Below are positions 10,913-25,432 of a stretch of 64,000 nt of DNA, in pieces. Under the pieces are notes generated by a model. The model saw only the letters and a program-made list of their open reading frames with translations. It was not told the DNA's origin and ran no database searches. This stretch comes from Antedon mediterranea. Lineage: Eukaryota; Animalia; Echinodermata. The translations under genes and the position numbers were made by a program. How positions within the stretch are numbered: position 1 is the first letter of the stretch; every line of letters starts with the position of its first letter. The stretch is taken from the NCBI RefSeq assembly GCF_964355755.1, contig NC_092677.1:2750101-2814100 (forward strand), written 5' to 3'.

Positions 10913-13900
10913 TAGTCCAGTCCCTAAGGGGAGAAAAAGGGGTGGGATGTTACCAAACTGGATACAAATTTTTCAGTATAGCAGTTTGGTAGAGTATAGT
11001 GTGGAGATGCCAAAACAAAGTTACTGGAAATCTGATTTGACCTCTGTGACCTCTGACCTCAATTTTTATATTTTTCTATTATATAACTAAAAATCGCCAT
11101 ATCTTGGAAACGCAGGGACATTTTACATTTATTTTTTTTTAAAAATGCTTGGAAGATATATATTTATATTCGCTATAATGAAAATAATTGTACAAAAATG
11201 GCCGCAAAGGCTTTATTTTTCAGTTTGACCTTTGACCTTGATTGCCTAATATCTCAATAACACGCAATCTCAGAGATTTGAGAATGGGCTCAAAATGTTA
11301 AGAAAATAAATCTAATATTTAGTCTAATAGAAACTTTTTTCAAAAAATTACCATAAATTAAGCTTTTTTGACCCTTGACCTCTAATGTTTGAATATGTCA
11401 ATATCTCGGTAACTATTTGTCCTAAAAAGTTCAGTTTGGTGTCAAATTGTTTAGAATATACACATTTATATTTGCTCTAACAAAATATTTTGTCAGAATT
11501 CAATTGGAAATGTCATTTTGAGCTATGACCCATCGTTTTGCACATATTTAGCAATTAATAATCTAAAAAAAGAGATCGAGAGAGGAGAGGGGGTTGGGGT
11601 GGATGGAGAGACACATATTTTTGTTACATGTTACACAAATATTAAACTCTGTCTACACTATAACATTTTTATGCGACAAAAAAATGTGATGTGCCCATAT
11701 ATGGACACGATGAATGACATATCACTACCATATTTGGGCACATCACACCTTTTTTGTTAAACTAGTTTATAGTGTAGACAAACATGTAAAAAATATGTCT
11801 CTCCATCACCCCAACCACCGCCCCCTCTCTCGCCTTTCCAATGCTACTGCATGCATCTATACACATCAAAATGACCGGAATTGTACTGGAAAGTTTTTAG
11901 CTACATTTGAAAATAAGTCCCAGAGGATGGGTGTATTGTAATGTTATCAGAATTATGGCAATTGTTTGTAATGGGAAAGTTTTAAAACTACATTTGAAAT
12001 ATTTGCTAATAATATCACATGCTATTAAAGATATACTTATTTTCCCCCTGACAAAAGTAATTTTGACAAATATTTTTGTTGAATATGCAATTTTAATGTC
12101 ACACATAATAGTTATTTACTATTTCACCAACAATTGGATTGAAAAAAAATTATATAGTGCATACCCAAAAAAACTATAATTCAAAGCAAAAAATAGGCTG
12201 GAAGTCAATGTGGTTTTGGTTAAATTAACTGTTTATTTTGTCTTTAAAGTAATATTTACTCTATTTTTTAGATTAGCCCTTTGATTAAACACCTCTTCAA
12301 ATGCAGTGAAGATATTAAGTGTCGCCTTGTCTTTCTAATCTTCCTTAACTACTCTTTTAACGATCGTAATCAATATTTGTTGAGGTATAATTATTCCCTC
12401 TAATAATGGTAATGCCTGTTTTATTGAGTCAAATGCTTTCTGATAATCTCTAAATCAAAGATTTGGTGATATTCATTTCCTTTTTATTTTAGTTGATTAA
12501 CAAACTGTATAAGATGATCCTACTGTATAAAGCCTTATATATTGGTTTATTTACTTCTAGTCGGTCTCTGATTTTGTTTTTTGATTGCTTTTGTAAATTA
12601 TTTGTGTACATGTGATAATGTTCGTTTGGTCGGTAATGGTTGATGTCAGTTTTGTCATGTTTTTGTGGTTAAAAGTATATCATTGCTTAATCTCTTCATT
12701 TCTTCTGGTTTCAAAGATGTTGTTGTATAGTGTTATGAGCTGGATGTGTTATTGCCTCATCAAGCTTCATCATCAGTGTTGGATCTTTGTTTTCTTGCAT
12801 TTGCCTTAAAGCCTCTTTCATTTTCTCTACAAGAATAGATGGTAATTTTTTTGATTGCTCACTGGTTCGTTTTCCTTTTATATTCCACTAACTACAGTAT
12901 GTTCTTGAAAAGAAATCAGCTTTGTAATTAATTTGTCTTTGATCCTTTTCAGATTTCTAATATTTCAAACATATGTTTTTATTTTTCACTCTTTTCTTCG
13001 CTTTTTCCTCACTATTTTCAACATTTCATTTGTTCAGCATACTTCAAGCAATGAATTGATAATTAGGTTATGTGTTTTATGAGTATCAAATCGCATTGGT
13101 TAATTCTTCTTTTCTCTTTATTTAAAAAAAAAATGTTATTCAACTTTAAGTTTATCTAATTTTATGTTGATACTAAGTGTTGCTCTTACGGTGTAGGCCT
13201 ACCATGCAATGGAATTATATATTGAAATTAAATTAAACATTAAGTTTTAAGAAAATTGTAAAAGGTAAACTAAATAGGATATTGAATGTAGTCTGGTCCA
13301 TTAAATCTATATTTTAGGTATATTATTATAAGTATGACACATGCAAGCTTAACAGTATATTCTGATCATAACTCAAACTGGCATTTCCAGTTAAAATATG
13401 ATAACATCTTCTATTAGAGCTAATATAAATGTTTACATTCTGAACAATTTGACACCAAATTGAACTATTTATGACATTTGGTTACAGAGATACAGACATA
13501 TTTAAACATTAAAGGTCAAAGGTCAGTAAATGACATTTCCTGTGAATTAGGAAGAACATGTTTAATTAGAGTATATATAAATATGTATGCTCTTAACAAT
13601 TTGAAACAACTTTCAAGAAATTTTGACCAGTAGTTATTGAGATATAGTAAGCCGAGGTCAAAGGTCAAAACGTTGAGAAATTACATTTCCGGTCGTTTTT
13701 TAAAAAAAAGTTCTATTAGAGCGAATATAAATATGTACCCTCTGATCTATTTGACACCAATATCATTTCAATTGTCAAACCCGTTGCGGAGATATGGCTG
13801 TTTAAGATAGAAATATAAAAATTGAGGTCAGAGGTCACAGAGGTCAAATCAGATTTCCAGTAACTTTGTTTTGGTATCTCCATATCATGTTCTATCAACA

Positions 13901-13960
13901 TGCAAAAGGGCACACTTGTATCCACTATGGTAACCTCATTTCCCCTTAGGGACCGGACTA
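10913..13960. mobile_element. Academ-like non-autonomous DNA transposon inside the TTC12 pseudo-exon 14
   Basis: TAGTCC(A/G)GTCCCTAAGGGGA TIRs, 3-bp TSD TAT; empty site near 56299 (GAAGTACTGCC). Confidence 0.75.
12280..13050 (-). mobile_element. Degenerate RTE-like LINE reverse transcriptase fragment nested in the Academ-like element
   Basis: Minus-strand DYQKAFDSIK and RQGDT-like motifs. Confidence 0.55.
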
Positions 13961-15789
13961 TATTGTCTGAAATGTCTGACTGTGATAACACAGAGCAATC
14001 AGGAATCAAGAAGACAGATACTATCACAAGATAAAGGTAATTACTAATCAATTTACTAACCCTCTGATTTTATTATTCTCAAATGTTCTCATTTAGGCAT
14101 TGATTGTTTTTGTATATGATCTGTATGTTGCTGTTTTGTGATGGAGATGCCTTTTCCACTATATCATAGTGTACATGTATGTGTTTATCAAAATGATTTA
14201 ACTAATACCAGGGAAGAGTCTTGTTTACATTACTATCAGCTGTGTCCCTGTAGTAATGATGTAGGCTGCACACCAAATCTGTAGCTTGCTGGTTAACGTG
14301 CTTGCCTTCCAATTTCAAGGTCCAGGGTTCAATTCTGACCTTTTTATTCCACGCCCTAGGTATTAAATGAGACTTAAATAAAAGCAAGTTATTTGCTGTT
14401 TGAGGCATTGGATTTGTATTAAATAAAAGCTCCTTGTCAACTATAACCTATTTCAATATGTTTCATTTTTGTAAAAGGTTTAACAAAGTTGGTGTATTAT
14501 CTAGACAGTGAAGATGATATGATGATATGCTGCGTTATGTATCGGACATTGCGTGCAAGAACCAGGAGCTAGCCACCATGTCAGTACAGATGTAGTCAAG
14601 ACATTACTGACAAGAACAGACACTACGAACACTTCAATTAAACAAAATTGTGCAATCACACTAGCTAAGCTTGCTACTACAAGTCCAGATCATCTTAATA
14701 TGCTCAAGAAGTTAGGAGGAATAGGTATTTTGAATATCTGTATGACATTAGGCGCAGGAGCCCCGGATAGCGTTACGTTTGAAAACCCCAAAAAGTGAGG
14801 TTTTCAACCATTAGCGGCATGACTGATGTGAGTGATTAATGTGTTTTACGGACGGTTTCAAGGACTATCCTACCAGTGGGCTGTTCACTGGTCAAATGAT
14901 TGACACTTTGTATCACCGTTTGTAACTGGAGCTGTGACGACCTTTGTAACTGGAGCTGTGACGACCTTGCAAGAATACTAGGCCAGAATTTTTAATTGAA
15001 AAGTGCCTTGGTATTAACAATAACATAGAGATGGAAACAAATTTGTCTATCTTTCTTTCTAAAATAAATGGTCACTATAGTTTCAAACTAGGCTTAGTCC
15101 ACCACATTAGTAATTACGAATCGAAACCTAAATTAAAATTGTTGGTATTCTTTGGCCGTTGTTTGATTAATTACATCTTCATGCCATGTTTTTTTTTCTC
15201 TAATGATTTGGCGATACGCTCCTATATTAATTAGGCCTACTAGCAGAGGGTTCGATGAGTTTTGAAAAGTTATGGAAATGTGGCCTAACATATAGCAATT
15301 CAGTTTTTTAAGGCCCTTCTTCCTTGTCCGAGCCTTTGGAAATATTAAAAAGTTATATTAATATAATATATTCTGTGTTTTCATGTTTTGAGAAATTGTA
15401 TATCATTTCAGATGTTTCGCGCTGCGCTTTTATTTGTTTCGCGCTTCGTGTTGTTCGAGCTTCCTCCGTACATACCGATAATTAATATGATTTTTCATTT
15501 CATTTTTTGTACATTATTAAAAAATAGCATACAGAACCCCATACAGAACATACCCTTCTCTGAGAAAACACTTGTGGGCGATTCCCCGAATACGACATGA
15601 TGGAATAGCTTTGGAGACTTTGACTTTGGAGTAGGCCTAAATCGAAACGTCAAGCAACTCAACAGTTCTTTTCAGAACTAATATAGGCCTACGTGGTGTA
15701 CCGCAAATTTATATCAACAAATATGTAACTTGTTTAGCACGTTTAAAATGGATAGCAAAACATATTTAAAAAAAAAACCCTGAATTATT

Positions 15790-18700
15790 TCAAACAGACA
15801 GCACATTAGTTCAAACGGATAGCACAATAGATAGCTCAATCAAATGGATATAACTATGATATAACTTGTACTGTGCATTCTATACGGATTATCGGGTAGC
15901 ACATTCTTTCAAATGGATAGCACATTCTTTCAAATGGATAGCACATTATTTCAAATGGATAGCACATTAGGTAGCAAAATCAAATGGATATAGTACTGTA
16001 CATTATTCTATGATTATCGGGTAGCACATTCTTTCAAATGGATAGCACATTAGGCCTATTTCAAATGGATAGCACATTCTTTCAAATGGATAGCACATTA
16101 TTTCAAATGGATAGCACATTATTTCAAATGGATAGCACATTGGGTAGCACAATCAAATAGATATAGTACTGTACATTATTCTATAAGGATTATCGGGTAG
16201 CACATTATTTCAAATGGATAGCACATTAGGTAGCACAGTCAAATGTATATAGTACTGTACATTATTCTATACGGATTATCGGGTAGCACATTCTTTCAAA
16301 TGGATAGCAAATTATTTCAAATGGATAGCACATTCTTTCAAATGGATAGCACATTATTTCAAATGGATAGCACATTATTTCAAATGGATAGCACATTAGG
16401 TAGCACAATCAAATGGATGTAATTGTACTGTACAATATTCTATACGGATTATCGGGTAGCACATTCTTTCAAATAGCACATTATTTTAAATGGATAGCAC
16501 ATTATTTCAAATGGATAGCACATTGGGTAGCACAATCAAATGGATATAGTACTGTACATTATTCTATAAGGATTATCGGGTAGCACATTATTTCAAATGG
16601 ATAGCACATTAGGTAGCACAGTCAAATGGATATAGTACTGTACATTATTCTATAAGGATTATCGGGTAGCACATTCTTTCAAATGGATAGAACATTAGGT
16701 AGCACAGTCAAATGGATATAGTACTGTACATTATTCTATAAAGATTATCGGGTAGCACATTATTTCAAATGGATAGCACATTGGGTAGCACAATCAAATG
16801 GATATAGTACTGTACATTATTCTATAAGGATTATCGGGTAGCACATTATTTCAAATGGATAGCACATTTAGGTAGCACAGTCAAATGGATATAGTACTGT
16901 ACATTATTCTATAAGGATTATCGGGTAGCACATTCTTTCAAATGGATAGCACATTTTAGGTAGCACAATCAAACGGATATAGTACTGTACATTATTCTAT
17001 AGCCTACGGATTATCGGGTAGCACATTCTTTCAAATGGATAGCACATTCTTTCAAATGGATAGCACATTAGGTAGCACAGTCAAATGGATATAGTACTGT
17101 ACATTATTCTATAAGGATTATCGGGTAGCACATTCTTTCAAATGGATAGCACATTAGGTAGCACAATCAAATGGATATAGTACTGTACATTATTCTATAC
17201 GGATTATCGGGTAGCACATTCTTTCAAATGGATAGCACATTCTTTCAAATGGATAGCACATTGGGTAGCACAATCAAATGGATATAGTACTGTACTGTAC
17301 ATTATTCTATACGGATTATCGGGTAGCACATTCTTTCAAATGGATAGCACATTAGGTAGCACAGTCAAATGGATATAGTACTGTTCATTATTCTATAAGG
17401 ATTATCGGGTAGCACATTCTTTCAAATGGATAGCACATTAGGTAGCACAATCAAATGGATATAGTACTGTACATTATTCTATACGGATTATCGGGTAGCA
17501 CATTCTTTCAAATGGATAGCACATTCTTTCAAATGGATAGCACATTGGGTAGCACAATCAAATAGATATAGTACTGTACTGTACATTATTCTATACGGAT
17601 TATCGGGTAGCACATTCTTTCAAATGGATAGCACATTCTTTCAAATGGATAGCAAATTATTTCAAATGGATAGCACATTCTTTCAAATGGATAGCACATT
17701 ATTTCAAATGGATAGCACATTATTTCAAATGGATAGCACATTAGGTAGCACAATCAAATGGATGTAATTGTACTGTACAATATTCTATACGGATTATCGG
17801 GTAGCACATTCTTTCAAATAGCACATTATTTCAAATGGATAGCACATTATTTCAAATGGATAGCACATTGGGTAGCACAATCAAATGGATATAGTACTGT
17901 ACATTATTCTATAAGGATTATCGGGTAGCACATTATTTCAAATGGATAGCACATTTAGGTAGCACAATCAAACGGATATAGTACTGTACATTATTCTATA
18001 GCCTACGGATTATCGGGTAGCACATTCTTTCAAATGGATAGCACATTAGGTAGCACAGTCAAATAGATATAGTACTGTACATTATTCTATAAGGATTATC
18101 GGGTAGCACATTCTTTCAAATGGATAGCACATTAGGTAGCACAGTCAAATGGATATAGTACTGTACATTATTCTATAAGGATTATCGGGTAGCACATTAT
18201 TTCAAATGGATAGCACATTAGGTAGCACAGTCAAATGGATATAGTACTGTACATTATTCTATACGGATTATCGGGTAGCACATTCTTTCAAATGGATAGC
18301 ACATTCTTTCAAATGGATAGCACATTGGGTAGCACAATCAAATGGATATAGTACTGTACTGTACATTATTCTATACGGATTATCGGGTAGCACATTCTTT
18401 CAAATGGATAGCACATTAGGTAGCACAGTCAAATGGATATAGTACTGTACATTATTCTATAAGGATTATCGGGTAGCACATTCTTTCAAATGGATAGCAC
18501 ATTAGGTAGCACAATCAAATGGATATAGTACTGTACATTATTCTATACGGATTATCGGGTAGCACATTCTTTCAAATGGATAGCACATTGGGTAGCACAA
18601 TCAAATGGATATAGTACTATACATTATTCTATACGGATTATCGGGTAGCACATTCTTTCAAATGGATAGCACATTCTTTCAAATGGATAGCACATTGGGT

Positions 18701-19025
18701 AGCACAATCAAATAGATATAGTACTGTACTGTACATTATTCTATACGGATTATCGGGTAGCACATTCTTTCAAATGGATAGCACATTCTTTCAAATGGAT
18801 AGCACATTATTTCAAATGGATAGCACATTAGGTAGCACAATCAAATGCATATATGTAATTGTACTGTACATTATTCTATACGGATTATCGGGTAGCACAT
18901 TCTTTCAAATGGATAGCAAATTATTTCAAATGGATAGCATGGATTTGGGTAGCACAATCAAATTGAGCACATTGGGTAACACATTGCATCAAATGGGAGC
19001 CTACTGTACAGTTATTCTATTGAAT
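15790..19025. repeat. Complex satellite (21-bp TAGCACATT(C/A)TTTCAAATGGA monomer inside variable higher-order units)
   Basis: Directly visible tandem array about 3.2 kb long. Confidence 0.95.
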
Positions 19026-19044
19026 TGAAATATATATTTATAAT

Positions 19045-19185
19045 GGGTAACCTCTTCAGTCAAAGACTGGTCTCCCAGAGGGCCCAGTTGGTGATCAGTG
19101 GCTGTGATAATACACCGGGGTAACCCCCCACTCGTCTCGAAAGATGTACTAGGTTCTCTAAAGTACACACGAGTTAGATGTGTAT
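19045..19185 (-). mobile_element. Deu/Nin-domain SINE fragment
   Basis: CACCGGGGTAACCCCC..CTC..AAAGTACACA similar to the SINE at 48821-49177. Confidence 0.55.
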
Positions 19186-21361
19186 TCTATTATCGGGTGT
19201 AGCACATTAAAATTGAGAGGATAAGATGGACATCATAATTTATTATTAAGGGGCAAAACAGCAAATCCTTACTGAGGGGACACTCCTATAAAGCGGACAT
19301 TAAGGGGACGGGGAATATTTAAGCTCAGTGCCAATGTTCACTCAATATATTTTCCATCACAAAATAACAAAAAAGACGAAATATTTATATCCATTTATCG
19401 TTATTAAATAAAAATGGATATCATGATAATTATGATACTTTGTTTGTCTTGAAAGTTTTCATTGGTGAAACGTTGCCTGCTACATTTTGAATTTCCGAGT
19501 CCAGATCAGTATTGGTATTCCGTGATCTATTCTAACTAATGAAACAATTTTTAGAAAATGATATCTGATAGATATCATCTAACTTTTAATATAGTTCTTG
19601 TATAACACCATATCAAGTAGTAGTAGAACTTATTGTAGGGTTTTCTTATTATTCAGTCAATTCAGTGTTTCTATACAGAAAAGAGTAGTCAGTGGCCTTA
19701 ACATCAATTAATTGTATAATTTGCACCCAAGGTCGAATAGCAAGAAACTCAGGTCCAGTTACATTGGTGTTCATTGGTCAATAGGAAATGAACAGCACAC
19801 TTATGGGTGGTGACAAAGTTTAGTTATTGATAAGTTGTCCTTGGGAAAAACACATTAGTTGGGTTGACCATGGGCTGACAGAGTTAACGACTTCGTAACG
19901 CTATCCGGGGCTCCTGCGCCTAATGAGTATGTAAATTCATGAGGTTTTTCGGGTATTGGTGTTTTTCAAATCGGCATCCATACGGGTCTCGTCAGCCGCA
20001 CCTTTTGGGCATCAGTTGTACGCCACACCTCATGTTTCAACTACAGTTTGGGCTGGGCATATCCACATGGTCAAGTAGTTCTATAAAAGTGCACATTTTT
20101 TTAATGCTTACAATTGTTTTTTTTTCTAGTTTTTTAAAAAGGTAGTCTAGTAAAAAAACATATTCCAGATACTTCTACTTAACATAGAAAAATATCAGCA
20201 AATAAAGCTTTTTCGTTGAACAATGAAACCGAAATGAACCATACCTGCTTGGTGTTTTTATCCTTGTTATTACATCAACCACGACAGACAATTTCTATGA
20301 GACCTGGGTTTCCTATATTTGCTACGCGATACGCTAAAGTCTGGTTCCATAAAGGTGGAATGCATCATTAAAACAATCGAGAATGCGCCATGATTAGTTG
20401 TAAACCTATCGACATGGTTCAACTTTGCTGTTAAAAGTGCAACAAACTGCAACGGCTAAACAATCGCACACCAAAGTCATATTTTCATAATATAAAATAG
20501 TTTTACACTTTTAATAAGAATTCCAAAAATACATACATAGTTGTTTCAAATGGTTATCTATAGGCTAAAGTTAACTTTGCAAATAACTGATATAAAAACC
20601 AAATCAATCAATGTAATAAGATATATCATTTTCATTATATAAATTTACATAATCATTTTAATTGCAAGTTCAAGTTAATTTAAAGCCTGTTTTCTTAATC
20701 TATATCACTATATAATATATAATTAATATATAAAAAATAACAATTGACATATAAACACTGTAAAATTGTATATACATCGAAATAAAAGAGTGCAGTTTAT
20801 AATCGAGATGCAGATATATATTTGCATTGCATTGCATAGCCATTAGACCTACATATACATATCATGACAAATAAAAAAATCTATACCACATGTCGCACAT
20901 AATAATGCCGTCGGAAAACCGTCGGTTTTCAACTAGGAGTGAAAAAAAACCAAAAAACACATTAGGGCCTACATATCCCATGTATCAAAATAACTTTTAT
21001 TGTGGCTGTCCACACAAGAAAAACAAAATTCCACACATAAATGTTCACATATATTCCTCACTAAAATCTTCTATTGCACAATATGTATTTATTTCATTTA
21101 TAACAAAATAAATAACTACAAACCGAAATTATAGATTACAAATTTACTAAATTTTGTATTGGAAATACATAAATGATATTTCTCAAACCAATTTTGTCCA
21201 TCTTCAATTGGCACTGTGCCAAAATGTTCTGAATCTGCCTCTTTGGTACAATTGCCACTACAGTACAATTGGCACTACAGTACAATTGCCACTACAGTTT
21301 TTTTCTTTATTAATAGATTGCATATAGTACAGTGAATAAAGTAAATTAATAAGCACGTTAA

Positions 21362-22214
21362 AAGGTTTTATAGGTGTGTTAGGAAACTAAAAATGAGAAT
21401 TTATTCAAATTTTTTTTTTCATTATAATTAAGTAATTTAGTATGTGTACTACATAAAAAAAAAAAAAAATTGAAAAAACTATATATTAATAAATTAATGA
21501 AAAACGATAATAACATGCCGGTTGCCATGGCAACCAAACCAAAAATTTGAAATTTTACTGATAAAAACTACCCCAACCATGTTGAAAATTCATTTTTAGT
21601 GGTTATTTCAACTTATGTGTCTGCTGCCCTCTCTTGTCATGATATAGGGGATATTCCAATAGGCTATTTTTAGATACCATGTGCTGTATTATTTTTTTGT
21701 TTACTGTAAATTATATTAGAACACGGGATTTCCTATGTTTCAAATTTTCAATGTTTTTCAGATTTTGAAAAAATGTAGAAGTAGAACTACACCCCCTACA
21801 GACTTGAAAATTGGCAGAAATGCTCTTTAGAGTGTGCTCTATTTAATGGCCTCAAAATAAATAATATAGGTAGTACCAGACTTTTCACATGACATTTCTT
21901 GAGATTTTGGTTTTCACAATATGAGATATTTGTCCATAGTTTATCACATACCCCCCTAAATAATATATAATGTAGGCCATTGGATAGATCTTGGGAAGAG
22001 CTTTAATTTGACATCTCAATCAACTATGTATGATAGTTGGTTAAAGCGCTACATTATTTTGAAAATTATGCAATCAACGCTAATTAATTATGCAAATTAG
22101 CTAGTTAAAATTTTTTTTTTTTATGAAAATGCATTTGTTACTGTGTGGATATAGTATGAAGTTAATAAAATATGGTTTAATACAGTTTGGTTAAACTAGC
22201 AATGAACACCTTTT
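21362..22214. mobile_element. Kolobok-like non-autonomous DNA transposon
   Basis: TTAA TSD, AAGGT..ACCTT termini; empty TTAA site in paralogous units (near 1805, 35538); second copy 58411-59289. Confidence 0.65.
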
Positions 22215-22733
22215 TTAAATGAGTTCATTTCCAGTAAATATATTGATGAATTTTCTGTGTAAATATGTTTTTTCCTTAAAATAGATTTTTTACAACAAAA
22301 TGTTACTATTTTAATTCATTCAGACCTGAATATTATTACTTAAATGAAAGAAAACTGTTTAAACCCCATTTAAAACGTATAAGAATTAAGAACTTTCTAT
22401 GAAATTTAATACAAGTAACACAGGTTTTATACATTTAATCCTGGGTGAATCTGGACAGCGCCGAAACACACATCTGACAGAAGTAACATTCACCTACACT
22501 CCACCAGTAAATAAAAAACAAATAAGCACGTTAAATGAGTGTAAATATATTGATGATGAATTTTCTGTGTGCTATATTCTGATAAATTATTATATATTTA
22601 TATATTATATTTATAATTATTCAAACCGTAATATGTTTACTTAAATGAAAGAATAGTAATTCTGTTAACCCATTTAAAACAATCAGAATTTATTATGAAA
22701 TTTAATGAATTTAATACGCTATCATGTAAATTA

Positions 22734-23150
22734 TTAAAATATCTCAAGAAGTAACATACGGTATGTATAGGACGTTGTTCTTTTGGTGAATCTGTATCCT
22801 GCAGTGACACATATCTGACTGAAGTACATCCGATTGGCAGATAACATACAGTGCATGTAAGAAACTTCTAATCGACGTTGATACATCAGCAGAGCAGCAT
22901 CGACACGCATCTGACTGAAGTACATCCGATTGGCAGATAACATACAACGCATGTAAGAAACTTCCAATCGACATTGGTTTATCTGCAGAGCAGCATCGAC
23001 ATGCATCTGACTGGATACCTGCAGAGTGTTACTGCCATCGTTGTCACTCACAACCATGGTAGAAGATCGTACCTTAAAACATCCACTGTAACTTGCAAAC
23101 ATTACATTCATTACGGTCAAAGCCGTTTGGGCAGTATATCGACTAGACAT
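22734..23150 (-). CDS. Unrecognised small-protein family, member B (138 aa; two 32-aa repeats)
   Basis: Acceptor tttttccag|GTAGT (exon starts 23166); intact ORF; near-identical paralog E. Confidence 0.55.
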   Translation of the reverse strand: MSSRYTAQTALTVMNVMFASYSGCFKVRSSTMVVSDNDGSNTLQVSSQMHVDAALQINQCRLEVSYMRCMLSANRMYFSQMRVDAALLMYQRRLEVSYMHCMLSANRMYFSQICVTAGYRFTKRTTSYTYRMLLLEIF

Positions 23151-23329
23151 TTTATCTCGATACTACCTGGAAAAATTCAAAAAGGAATGGTGGATATACA
23201 GAATAACAATAGTTACGACAGACAAGATGAGCCTTAATAAACTATAATGTAAAAAATGTATGCTCTGCAAGGAATGATTTTTATCTATTATTTAAAATGT
23301 TAAGATATAATAATATTTGCTTTTATATA

Positions 23330-23555
23330 GAGCTTATTGCACATTGCTTCTAAGCGCTTCACATTATTACCCCCATCATTTTCTTGGGGATCGAAACATA
23401 CTTCCATAATGTTGTGTCTTGATCCATTTATACACCTGGGTGGAGAGAGGCAAACTTAAAGTATCTTGCCTAAGGATACAAGCAATGCAGCGAGAGTTGG
23501 ATTCGAATCACGATCTCAGTAGTTCATCGTCAAACACACTGCACCACCTGCCCTT
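23330..23555 (-). mobile_element. CORE-type SINE copy in intron of member B
   Basis: Homologous to 2525-2778. Confidence 0.6.
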
Positions 23556-24690
23556 ATTGTGTATTGTGATTTTTGTATATTTTGTAAGATCATTTTAATC
23601 CAGACCTTTTTATTTGAATTGCCCCGTGTGGGATGATTAAAGAATTTTGAATTGAATTGAATTGTCCCCCTGAAAAACTAATTAAAAAAATTGTAGTTGA
23701 ATATACCATTTTAATGTCACAATAGTTATCCACTATTAACTATAAAATAACCTATTCAAAGTCTGATTTTATTATCTTTATTTTTCATTCTTTAAATAAT
23801 TGAATTGATGATATAATGAATATAGGCCTATATATTTTAAAAAGAGACAATAAAGGAGGGTTACTCCCACGAAAGACAAAACAAAATAAATAATTGAAGA
23901 CACAGAGTACACCTTCTCAAAATATTTATATAGATTCTGTAAGTAAATGCGATGTTATTACGGTAATTGATTGTACGATTTTGAGTTGTATTTTGTGCAC
24001 ACTACCATTTCGAGGGTCTTGCGTGCGGTTTTCTCTCTGCATGGTCTTAGCTTTAGAAACACCCATCAGTAGAGGACGACATAAAAAAAATATACAAATT
24101 TGTTTTCGGTGTTTAGATTTGTCACGCTACTGCTTTAGCCAGCTACGTCCCAAGAGGACTACTCATTCAGAAGCTACTAAGCAAGCAGCAGTTATAGTTC
24201 TAGAGGCCGACGTTTTTGATAATTTGTAAACTAGGACGGGTCATGCTAAAATTACAAACCCTGGGAGAAGAGAGACTAGGCCTGTTTCTGGTGCAACAGC
24301 TCAAAATACGGTATAAAAATACGGTATAAAATACGGTATTTTTTATACCGTATTTTTTAGTACCCCGTTTCTGCTAACAATACTTCTTGGGTGGTCGTGT
24401 TAAATTTCATCCTTTTTACCCAAACTGCCATTCATTTATTTGGTCGATAATTAAAAGTCGCAATAAAGGAAGTTTTATAACGTCTCAATTTCAACAGCCT
24501 AGCCCTAGTGATAGAGATGTTGTGAGAGCACAGAAAACATCGTAATGAGGACAAGTAATTCGTTCCCTTCCCGAGTTATTGTCTTTTACAATCTTTTACT
24601 GCTTTCGCAGGCTCTTCAGCTTTGAATTTACTTGCTTTGGAGACAAGTCTATTCCGTACTCCTGCTTTATTTTTTTAGAAATGTCTAATT

Positions 24691-25281
24691 ATTACCTCCG
24701 CCAAGGAGGTTATATTTTCACCCCTGTATGTTTGTGTGTGTGTTTGTGTGTGTGTCTGTGAACAGCCTGGAGGCCACAGTTTTTATCCGATTCTCACCAA
24801 ATTTGGACACAATGATCTATGCCCCAAAAGCTCGGACGAGTTCGAATTTGAGGGGAAAAGGTCATAGGTCAAGGTCACAAATAACAAAAAACTATATTAC
24901 TACCTAGAGACCACAGTTTTTATCCAATTCTCACCAAACTTAGCCACAATGATCAATGACTCATCATATAATTGTGGTTAAATTTTGAAGGGTCAGGATC
25001 AAAGATCAAGGTCTACAAAAAACAAACAAAAAATAAATAAAAAAATAATAATAAAAAAAAAAAAAAACCTCAGTGGGACTTGAACCAGCGACAACTGTGA
25101 GAGGCTGGATACATAACCATTACACCACACTCTCATCCACAACTTTGTACGGTGTAGTTAGCCTATTTACACTTAGAACTCATAAAAAAAAAAAAAAAAA
25201 ATATATATATTTTCCGGGGACATTTTGTGTAGAGGAATTTTACAGTAGGTGGAGGTTTGTACTCTCGGAGTACCCTCTAGT
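24691..25281 (+). mobile_element. Helentron-associated (HINE/DINE-1-like) element
   Basis: 5' ATTACCTCCGCCAAGGAGGT, (TG)n microsatellite, 3' GGTGGAGGT subTIR, hairpin GTACTC-GAGTAC, CTAG|T end. Confidence 0.7.
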
Positions 25282-25334
25282 TATAAATGTGGTTGTCCCT
25301 TTTATTACCTTTTAGTTGGCCGGACATTTTAGCT

Positions 25335-25432
25335 TCCCCATCCCCTCCTTCCCCACCCCCTCCTTCCCCATTCTCTTCTTTCCTTCCCCCTCCCCCTCCT
25401 TCCCCCTCCCCTCCCCTCCCCCTCCTTCCCCA
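25335..25432. repeat. Polypyrimidine/polypurine (C-rich) tract
   Basis: CCCCTCC-type runs. Confidence 0.85.

Larger units (their letters stand above)
14746..19925. mobile_element. 5.2-kb non-autonomous TIR element carrying a satellite array
   Basis: Perfect 32-bp TIR CATTAGGCGCAGGAGCCCCGGATAGCGTTACG; empty site TGTATGA|AGTATG near 56950. Confidence 0.85.
10813..19942 (+). pseudogene. TTC12: Duplicated TTC12 3' fragment (copies of the last two exons), disrupted
   Basis: Exon-14 copy about 10885-10912 + 13964-14036; exon-15 copy 14478-14745 + 19926-19942; 5-bp deletion near 14528 and two TE insertions versus 56275-56967. Confidence 0.9.

Noticed and set aside
14553-14798. Functional second TTC12 or fusion ORF
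   Set aside because: Frameshifted, TE-interrupted pseudo-exon lacking exons 1-13
15790-19025. CRISPR-like repeat appearance
   Set aside because: Eukaryotic context; intervening segments are themselves repeated, with no unique spacers or cas genes
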